Of a DNA stretch of 64,000 nucleotides, positions 57,016 through 64,000 are shown in pieces. The notes beneath the pieces are model-generated. The model was given only the letters and a program-made list of their open reading frames with translations. It did no database searches and was not told where the DNA came from. The stretch is from the IMG/VR virus record IMGVR_UViG_3300009152_002325. One strand, 5' to 3'. Position 1 is the stretch's first letter, and each line of letters opens with the position of its first letter. The position numbers were made by a program, and so were the translations under genes. This DNA is from an uncultured virus (IMG/VR IMGVR_UViG_3300009152_002325) (lineage: Duplodnaviria; Heunggongvirae; Uroviricota; Caudoviricetes).

Positions 57016-57430
57016 TTTGTTGATTCTCCGCTCTTTCCAATGAAGAATTGTATCCAACAACATTTCCAAAAGGATCTGCTATTGGGGTTGTTCCCATAAC
57101 ATCAAATACAGTATCTGTATCATTTGGGTAATTTAATTCATACCATATTGGTTTCCCATTGACATCTCTAATATTCTTAACTTTATCTCTAGCAGTAAGT
57201 CTTTCAGATGTTCTAACTTCTATAGACTGATCATTAGAATATTTGTTAGAAAATTTTTGCTTGTCATTTCCTTTAGCCCCGCCCTGCGTAATAATTCCAC
57301 GAGCATAACAATCTAATGTTTTAATATAAGAAAACTCTCTAACCATTGCACCAGTGTTTGGATCCTGCCGTTCTGATTGACGGTAGACATCCATTTTCAT
57401 GGTCATTAAACCATCAACCACGTCAAACAT
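57005..57430 (-). CDS. Head-to-tail stopper
   Basis: 141 aa beta-rich, after adaptor. Confidence 0.65.
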   Translation of the reverse strand: MFDVVDGLMTMKMDVYRQSERQDPNTGAMVREFSYIKTLDCYARGIITQGGAKGNDKQKFSNKYSNDQSIEVRTSERLTARDKVKNIRDVNGKPIWYELNYPNDTDTVFDVMGTTPIADPFGNVVGYNSSLERAENQQIGI

Positions 57431-58413
57431 TACACCAGTACCATTTGTGTTATAACATAGTCTGCTAAAAGTTTATCTGCGTAAGAAGATCCTGTTCCGC
57501 TAAAAGCTTCAGAAGAATACTCAAAGTCCCAGTCTGTTGTGGAGATCTTTTTAACGTATCTATCTCTCCATACACGGTCTTTTGCAAAGTACATCTTCAT
57601 TAGCTCAACTGCTGCGTCTCTAACTTCATTTGGAATATAATCCCAGCCGAATCTTGCATAAACTTTATACGACTTTGATCTTCTAAAAATATTTGGGGAA
57701 GAGTCATTTATTGAAGGCGGTACCATTCCATTTGCAATATATACATCGTCATTAACGCCAGAAAAATGATTGGCTCTTATTCCAAATCCACTTACTGTAT
57801 TTTCAACAACTATGCCTAAGTTGTTAATGCTATTGATATTGTCTATAAGCAATTCATCATTGGCATATAGGGTATGTAGCCTATTTATTTTTTTAGGCAT
57901 TGAAAGTGTATCTGAATCACTTCCTATTGTAAAGAATCTATCATCATGCAAATAAAACTTTTGCCCTGTATGCCCTTCAATTATGTTTCTTGCGTATCTT
58001 TCTGCTAGCTTTAATTCCTGATGTGTTTTATGATTTGGATCATTTGCATCTGAACCAAGTCCCATTTCTTGTGCTGCTTCTTGTATATCGACATACGGAG
58101 TAATAACATCAAGGTAGGTTGTATTTGAATAGGATACGGAGTCGTATTGCCAATCCCATATTAATTTAAACTTTCTGTTTCTTGTTGTATGCTGTATTGG
58201 AAGGTATACGCTAAATGAGCCCTGATCTACTTCACTTGCTTCTGCTGTAACAGTAGCAATAATTGTTGAAGGACTAATTTGTGGAGAGACAACTGGATCA
58301 CCAGTTATATCATAAAATTTTACGATTACTGATGCGGTAGGCGTAACTGCTTCACCTTTTACGTAAAGCTTTGTTGTGGCTGCCGTGCTTGTATTCTGGT
58401 ATATCTCTGCCAT
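57430..58413 (-). CDS. Head-to-tail adaptor
   Basis: AR.IIE..TGQ.F, FGW.YIP.EV..AA, TG..YAD.LL..Y. Confidence 0.75.
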   Translation of the reverse strand: MAEIYQNTSTAATTKLYVKGEAVTPTASVIVKFYDITGDPVVSPQISPSTIIATVTAEASEVDQGSFSVYLPIQHTTRNRKFKLIWDWQYDSVSYSNTTYLDVITPYVDIQEAAQEMGLGSDANDPNHKTHQELKLAERYARNIIEGHTGQKFYLHDDRFFTIGSDSDTLSMPKKINRLHTLYANDELLIDNINSINNLGIVVENTVSGFGIRANHFSGVNDDVYIANGMVPPSINDSSPNIFRRSKSYKVYARFGWDYIPNEVRDAAVELMKMYFAKDRVWRDRYVKKISTTDWDFEYSSEAFSGTGSSYADKLLADYVITQMVLV

Positions 58414-58422
58414 TTGTTAGGC

Positions 58423-58821
58423 TTAGTTGTAATACTCCTGTACTTCTCTAGGTGTAGCCAATCTAAACCCTTCCTCCTTATCAAAAATTTCTTGAGCCAC
58501 ATCGGGCTTCATTGCTACAAATGGGTGCTCTATTGTAAATGTAAACCCTAGCGCATCATATCTATAGTTTGGTCGATCCATCTTTACAAGAACCATATCT
58601 TCATCAAGTTTTTGATTTGGATCCAGTCTAGGAAGAATTTCATCTGAGTCTTCTTTTGCATTTTCTATGTTCTTAAGTGTTCCTTGGTAAACTGACCAAG
58701 TTACTCCTTCTTCTGCAAGTGATGCGATAATATCTGCTTTGTTTTTTAGGCCGTCCACGTCAACTGCGAAGTCCGCTGCTAATGTTTTTAGTTCCTTGAC
58801 CTTAAGTGTGTCAAATGACAT
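58423..58821 (-). CDS. Hypothetical protein with N-terminal HeH/Rho-N-like motif
   Basis: LKVKELKTLA..F.VD.....KADIIA; start moved to 58821 (AAGGAG RBS). Confidence 0.65.
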   Translation of the reverse strand: MSFDTLKVKELKTLAADFAVDVDGLKNKADIIASLAEEGVTWSVYQGTLKNIENAKEDSDEILPRLDPNQKLDEDMVLVKMDRPNYRYDALGFTFTIEHPFVAMKPDVAQEIFDKEEGFRLATPREVQEYYN

Positions 58822-58872
58822 ATATATACTCCTTTGGTATGTATACAAATTATAGCACTATAAAATTAAAAT

Positions 58873-58903
58873 GAAAAGCCCCTAAAATTAATTAGGGGCC
58901 TTT
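58873..58903 (-). terminator. Intrinsic terminator after major capsid gene
   Basis: GCCCCTAA-N6-TTAGGGGC stem followed by TTTT on minus strand. Confidence 0.8.
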
Positions 58904-58923
58904 CCAGCAAGTTATTTCTTAAA

Positions 58924-59973
58924 TTAAGAAGCAACCTTAACGTCTTTAACGACTACCCATGCGTCTGCCTGCTCAATTTGGGTACCCACGCGAGTATACA
59001 TTGTATATTCGATTGAGTCCTTCTTTGGCCAGAAGAAGCGGTAAACAGTTACATCACGCTTGATACCAATAACAACGTTATTTGGGAATGTCAAGTGGAC
59101 GTCTCCGTGCTCTCCTGTTGGTGTTGCATATGATCCTACCTGAGTTTCCTTAAGTAGTGGAACTTCAACAATTGGAATACCAAATGCAAATGGTGCAACA
59201 TATCCTGCTGGACCACCTAGACCACCCTGGTCTCCACGGATGATGCTTGAAGCAATATCCTGTGGGTTAACGTTCTGGATGTTCTGTGAAGTTGAATACA
59301 AGTAATCTTGTATAAGGTTTGAGCCTGCAAGGAAGCGTAGGTCTGGACGACGCTGCTTGTACTTACGTGGCATTGCCTTAAGGGCCTTGTTGAAGATGTC
59401 ACGGGAAATTGCTGCACCCGCTCCAGCTACTACACGACCATTTGTCTTTGCAATCTTAACAACACCGTCGAATGACTTGTAAAGTGCATCTCCAGTTAGA
59501 GCTGTGTTACCGTTAAGAACTACGTCCTCAAGGTCGTTACCAGCCTGTGTTGCCATAAGTCTTGCAATGTGATCTTCTAGATCTGCACCTTCAATGTTAT
59601 CTTCTAGAGACTCAGTTGAAAGCTCCCAATCTAGACGAAGCTTCTTTGTTGTGAGAGAAATCTTTGAGAACTGTACAGCTGCATTTGAGCCAGTGTTCTC
59701 TGCTTCAGCTGCAAGCTTCATAAGCTTCTCACCGACGCCAATACGATCAATCTCTGTAGTGTCAGCTCTCATTCGAACTGTACGTGCTACCTTACCAATT
59801 ACTGTTGCATCGAACATGTAATCGAGGAATCTTGCGGATTGCTCAGGATTGAGCAAGCCTCCCTTACCCTCGGAACCTACGTGAATTCCGTTGGTAGGGT
59901 CCGCAGCGCCAGTCATTCCACCTGTTAGTGTTGTGCCTGCTTCTGCTGCTTTTGCTAATAGTTCATTACTCAT
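58924..59973 (-). CDS. Major capsid protein (HK97 fold)
   Basis: GGLLNPEQS.RF, LSTESLEDNIEG, FGIPIVEVP; after protease, followed by terminator. Confidence 0.92.
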   Translation of the reverse strand: MSNELLAKAAEAGTTLTGGMTGAADPTNGIHVGSEGKGGLLNPEQSARFLDYMFDATVIGKVARTVRMRADTTEIDRIGVGEKLMKLAAEAENTGSNAAVQFSKISLTTKKLRLDWELSTESLEDNIEGADLEDHIARLMATQAGNDLEDVVLNGNTALTGDALYKSFDGVVKIAKTNGRVVAGAGAAISRDIFNKALKAMPRKYKQRRPDLRFLAGSNLIQDYLYSTSQNIQNVNPQDIASSIIRGDQGGLGGPAGYVAPFAFGIPIVEVPLLKETQVGSYATPTGEHGDVHLTFPNNVVIGIKRDVTVYRFFWPKKDSIEYTMYTRVGTQIEQADAWVVVKDVKVAS

Positions 59974-59990
59974 TAGTTTTCACCATACCC

Positions 59991-61304
59991 TTATTTTGTT
60001 AATTCGCTAACGGAACCGAGGAAAGTGCCGTTCCATTTTGATTTTTTGATTGTTACTCCTGTTGACCCGCCAAGGTCAGAGGACTTCTTGATTGCAGTGT
60101 CTGATTCTACTGCGTCTACTCTTTTTTCAACTGTGTCCATGATGGACTTGATTGAATCAACTGCTGTTGAGAGTTCTGTGTGCTTTTCTGCTAATTCTGA
60201 AATTCTCAAATCGACATTCTTGCTAAAAGCTTCGACTGTTTCCTTGATTGTTGAAACCTGAGCAGCGTTTGCCTCAGAGGCCTTTTCCAAAGTCTCTGAG
60301 AAGAAACCCTTAAGGTCGCCTAGCATTTTAACAAAGTCAGGTGACTCCTGAGATGTTAGTTCTGCTGATTTTTCCAGAACTTCGGCAGAAGTTACTTCAG
60401 CTACAATTTCAGCAGAATCTTGTTCTACTGGGGCAACTTCTTCAATAATTTCTGCAGGTGTTTCTACAACTGCTTCTTCTACTACTGGAGTTGCTTCTGT
60501 TACATTAAGCTTTTCCACTTCATTTCCTCCTTCTGCAATTGCCGTATTTATATTTTGTGTTTCAGGCAATGTTTGCAATCTTGATCTACGTGAATCAAGA
60601 ATCTTCTCTATTTCTTTTCCTTTGTTTACGTCGTTTGACTCTACCCATCCAATGAGCTCTGTCTTTTTTCCAGTAACTGGAGACAAGTATTCTGATTCTG
60701 TTGACATAAAAACAGAATCGCTGTCTGCACAATAAAATATATTTTCCATTTTAACATCTGCTGCGATGCCTTTAAAAATCATTTGTCCGTTTACTTTTTC
60801 AATAGAAAAAATGTTACATAGTTCGTTTGCTGGTGAATCAACGATTGATAGTTCAACTAGTGCATAATCTTTAATAAATCTTACTGATGCTCCTGTTGAT
60901 TTGTTTACTTCGTTATCTGATTCAAGAATCTTTCCGCCGATTGAGAAACCAGTTAAAGTTCCGTCTAGAACTTTTTCCCATGTATCCTGGGCGCCTTTTG
61001 AAATGTATGCATCAACGTAAACTCCGTTGTAAAATTCTTTTGTTATTGGGTCGTAAAAAGTTTCTGGTCTGAATGAAGCAACCTTGCCAACTGCAAGTGG
61101 CTGATGCATTTCTCTTAGGTTTCCTCTGAAACCTTCAAACGCTTTCATACTTGCTTCTTGCGTAACGACGTCACCAGTCTGATCTAGGTTATCTAATGTT
61201 GCAAAACCTGAGACTGTTCTTTTTTCTCGATTGACCTTTGTAAATGGAACAGCTAAATTAATAGCATTTCCATTTGAAGACCAATGTGACTTTTCGATAA
61301 TCAT
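59991..61304 (-). CDS. Capsid maturation protease fused to scaffold
   Basis: LREMH, GFSIGG, ELSIVDSPAN; acidic linker and coiled-coil C-terminus. Confidence 0.9.
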   Translation of the reverse strand: MIIEKSHWSSNGNAINLAVPFTKVNREKRTVSGFATLDNLDQTGDVVTQEASMKAFEGFRGNLREMHQPLAVGKVASFRPETFYDPITKEFYNGVYVDAYISKGAQDTWEKVLDGTLTGFSIGGKILESDNEVNKSTGASVRFIKDYALVELSIVDSPANELCNIFSIEKVNGQMIFKGIAADVKMENIFYCADSDSVFMSTESEYLSPVTGKKTELIGWVESNDVNKGKEIEKILDSRRSRLQTLPETQNINTAIAEGGNEVEKLNVTEATPVVEEAVVETPAEIIEEVAPVEQDSAEIVAEVTSAEVLEKSAELTSQESPDFVKMLGDLKGFFSETLEKASEANAAQVSTIKETVEAFSKNVDLRISELAEKHTELSTAVDSIKSIMDTVEKRVDAVESDTAIKKSSDLGGSTGVTIKKSKWNGTFLGSVSELTK

Positions 61305-61360
61305 ATGTTATATATTATAGAGATTATTGTATCAAAAGGCAAATAACTAGTTGAGTAGGA

Positions 61361-62941
61361 CTAGTTGACTTGTCTTCCATCTCCTTTTGCATTTCTGCCC
61401 TCCCCAGATTTATCTGGGGAATTTGCTGATCTCTCTTGGTCACGAGTTCTACTTTGAGTAGCCTGAGCCTTAATTTCGGCTGCCTGGGCTGCAAGGTCTA
61501 CTGGGACATCTCCACCTTCTCGTGGGACCATTCCCATTCTTACTCTAATTTCATTTGGAGTAATTACCTGGAATCTAAGATATCTTTCATCTATTTTAGA
61601 CTGAGTATCTGCATCTGTTAGAGAAAGCTCATTGAACTTTAGATCCATTGCATCAGTCATTTCTTGAATTATTTTACTTAGCTTTTTTTCTAGATTTTGC
61701 TGTGCTGGAAGACAAACTTGCTCTTTAAATGTCTTATCTGCGTCTCTAGCTGCAGCCAAGTTAATCCCTGCTGGGGTGCCAATTTTATTAATTGGTACTC
61801 TGTGAGCCATTAATATTTCATCTCTATTTGAATTCCTATACTTTTCAAATGAACCTTCTTGCGCCCCTGCTTCAATTGGCTCCATTTTAAATTCAGTTTT
61901 TGAGTCTGGTGAGTCTGGTGGAAGTGGTATATATAAAGATCTGTGGTTCTTTCCCTTTAATCCGACCTGGAAAAATTCAAGCAATTTTCTTTCAGATTCT
62001 GGAGAAAGCTTTGCTCCCTTTACTGTAATAATGTATCGAGGGACCGCTTTATTTTCAAAATAATCTAAGTTATATTTACCAGCAAATTCGTTTCCAGCCA
62101 TTGCATTTTGTGCAGCAATTATATCTGGGATTCCATAATAGTTATTTTTTGGGGTGTACTTTTTTAAATGAATAATTTCGTTAGGTCTATCTTCTTGTCC
62201 TGCTATAGGGTTTATTGTTTCTGTATCCCCAAAGTTTCTAAAGAATACAGCCTTGCCGTAAAGAAGCTGTATAAAACCGTCTCTAAGGCGTCTCACACGC
62301 ATTGTCTTTGAGGGTATGTGGCCAATGTACCCAATCTTTCCAGTCGTCGTTCTACCGACCTCCAGATAGCCATTACCAGTAGCCTCTACGTCAGTATAGA
62401 ACTTAATAAGTGTTTCTTTAAAAGTTTCATCTTCGTTACAATCTTCAAGCCATTTATGCAAGTCTTGCTTAATTCTATTCAGCTTCTTACGTGCTCTTTC
62501 TAATTGCTTTTCATCATTAATTTCATCTAAGGCATCCGTTGTCTTTTTTGATTCAATAAAATCAAATCCAAGACCGACTATGTTTGCTACCTTTGCATTT
62601 ATAGCAGCGTAGTTGTATGGAGAAATTTCATAAATTGTTGATAGATAATCTAAGTTGTATTCTGGTTGAATTAGATCAAACGTGGCGTACCCGCTAACTG
62701 CTTGTTGATGTTGAAGCTGCTGGCTTACTGCGCCGTCTTTTCCAACAAAAGATTTTTGCAGATCTCTAGAAACTTTTCTTCTAAATGAAGCTCCCAGTCC
62801 TGAAAGCTTTAAAATATCTTCGCCCTCTATATCAAATAGATCGTCTGATTTTTGAGTGGTTGGATTATTAAATCTCATCCAGTCCGCCACGTTAGAAACC
62901 TCTATGTTATTAATAAGCATATCGTCTTCATTCTCAATCAT
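61361..62941 (-). CDS. Portal protein
   Basis: TGNGYLE, EIIH.K......YYG.P, YFEN.AVP, I..AHRVP, ITPNEIR. Confidence 0.92.
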   Translation of the reverse strand: MIENEDDMLINNIEVSNVADWMRFNNPTTQKSDDLFDIEGEDILKLSGLGASFRRKVSRDLQKSFVGKDGAVSQQLQHQQAVSGYATFDLIQPEYNLDYLSTIYEISPYNYAAINAKVANIVGLGFDFIESKKTTDALDEINDEKQLERARKKLNRIKQDLHKWLEDCNEDETFKETLIKFYTDVEATGNGYLEVGRTTTGKIGYIGHIPSKTMRVRRLRDGFIQLLYGKAVFFRNFGDTETINPIAGQEDRPNEIIHLKKYTPKNNYYGIPDIIAAQNAMAGNEFAGKYNLDYFENKAVPRYIITVKGAKLSPESERKLLEFFQVGLKGKNHRSLYIPLPPDSPDSKTEFKMEPIEAGAQEGSFEKYRNSNRDEILMAHRVPINKIGTPAGINLAAARDADKTFKEQVCLPAQQNLEKKLSKIIQEMTDAMDLKFNELSLTDADTQSKIDERYLRFQVITPNEIRVRMGMVPREGGDVPVDLAAQAAEIKAQATQSRTRDQERSANSPDKSGEGRNAKGDGRQVN

Positions 62942-63282
62942 TTTTTACCACCATTCAGCTTAGCCATCTCTTCTTTATGTACACTAATATCTAAAGGATC
63001 TGGAGTAAGTCCCCATCTTAATCTTTGCTTTTGATACTCAAACTCTTCGTCGTCAATTTGTCTGCTTCCCTCAATAAACTTAGGCTGGCCGACGTCAATT
63101 CCATAGTGAGCAACTGCTGATGCTAGCAGAGCAATTCTTTCTTTATTACCAATCATTGATGCTATTGATAGGAAGTTGTTGTCTTCATCTCCAACCCATC
63201 TGCCATCTGGCATCTCCCAGACATAAACACCCAATCTGGTATCCCCAGATTTCATTTGAGCATTAATTCTTTTTATGTCCAT
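62938..63282 (-). CDS. Hypothetical protein
   Basis: 114 aa directly upstream of portal. Confidence 0.75.
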   Translation of the reverse strand: MDIKRINAQMKSGDTRLGVYVWEMPDGRWVGDEDNNFLSIASMIGNKERIALLASAVAHYGIDVGQPKFIEGSRQIDDEEFEYQKQRLRWGLTPDPLDISVHKEEMAKLNGGKK

Positions 63283-63345
63283 AGTTAATTATTTTACCAT
63301 CTTTATGTCTACAAGTCCAGCCTTTTGTCACCTGACCTGACAAAA

Positions 63346-63999
63346 TTACAGAGTTTGGAACACTACCCTGTCTCTTGAATATGTTGACACGGGGCCTTGT
63401 GTCAATGACATTGACGATCCTTGCCCAACAGATAAAGGCTTTCCTATATAGAGGTCGTAATGCTCTTGGTGGCTAATTAGAGGATTTGTGTACAGTGCAA
63501 TATTTTGATATAAATTATCTTCGAGGACTCCAGTTCTTACTCCCAAAAGCTGCTTGCCATTAAACCAGATCTGACCACTTACTATTGAATTGGTTTTTAT
63601 TAATATATAGTTAGGCTCATCTATATATAAGTATGAGGATATATTTGTTGCTGAGGATGCATCTTGGCCATTAATATAGATATTGCTTATATTGGCTTTT
63701 GATATTGCTCCGCCTGCCGCCCAAGAAAGGTAGGTTTCTGTAGATCCAGTTTTGTTAAATATTAAGTGGCCACTAGATAATGATTTTGGAGTAAATATCA
63801 TTTCAATATTTCTAACATCTTCTGCTGAGTTTATAAAAAATGCTGAAGATTTTGGCCTTATACCGTTGTCATAGTTTCTGGTTCTAATTGGATATTTATT
63901 GTTGGACACATCAAAATCCCAAGTGCCCCCAATGGTTGGTTGCGAAGTAGATAGAGTACTTCCTCCATTATGAGAAAACATCTTCTTCTCAGAATGAAA
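63346..63999 (-). CDS. C-terminal part of a beta-rich, probably virion-associated protein (5' end outside window)
   Basis: Frame stays open from ATG 63981 to the window edge; LamG/ConA-like character is a weak impression. Confidence 0.6.
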   Translation of the reverse strand, partial: FHSEKKMFSHNGGSTLSTSQPTIGGTWDFDVSNNKYPIRTRNYDNGIRPKSSAFFINSAEDVRNIEMIFTPKSLSSGHLIFNKTGSTETYLSWAAGGAISKANISNIYINGQDASSATNISSYLYIDEPNYILIKTNSIVSGQIWFNGKQLLGVRTGVLEDNLYQNIALYTNPLISHQEHYDLYIGKPLSVGQGSSMSLTQGPVSTYSRDRVVFQTL

Positions 64000-64000
64000 A

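Noticed and set aside
78..63034. All plus-strand ORFs in the track
   Set aside because: Each lies antisense to a well-supported minus-strand gene or tRNA and has no recognisable motifs
1..64000. Prophage or host chromosomal segment because of ahpC/D, trxA, dnaE, recA
   Set aside because: These genes are interleaved with phage genes in one co-oriented array; no integrase, att site or host housekeeping block is visible

Overview
The window is a 64-kb slice of a large, AT-rich tailed dsDNA phage genome with every credible gene on the minus strand. Gene content (WhiB, actinobacterial-type AhpC/AhpD, DnaE polymerase, many apparently leaderless genes) and gene order resemble the large Streptomyces cluster BE/BK-type siphoviruses, with a probable low-GC freshwater actinobacterial host (inference). 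In transcription order (right to left): portal, protease/scaffold, major capsid, head-tail, major tail, frameshifted tail chaperones, a 3867-aa tape measure protein, minor tail/fibre genes; a replication/recombination block (phosphoesterase, DnaB, primase, SSBs, DnaE, RecA, resolvases, Cas4-like nuclease); terminase; 4 tRNAs; and an accessory block (AhpC/AhpD, IMPDH/GMPR, hydroxylase, sulfotransferase, APS kinase-nucleotidyltransferase fusion, DUF2061, nuclease, secreted PA14 protein, lysis genes, WhiB, Ntn protease, subtilase, thioredoxin). The two strongest leads are (1) a tape measure protein built like a polyprotein, with kinase-like, HExxH metallopeptidase and GNAT cargo domains separated by repeated GG motifs and a duplicated ~100-aa pre-cargo module, and (2) a compact phage-encoded hydroxylate-then-sulfate (PAPS synthesis plus sulfotransferase) module. 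All calls come from motif reading, not database searches.
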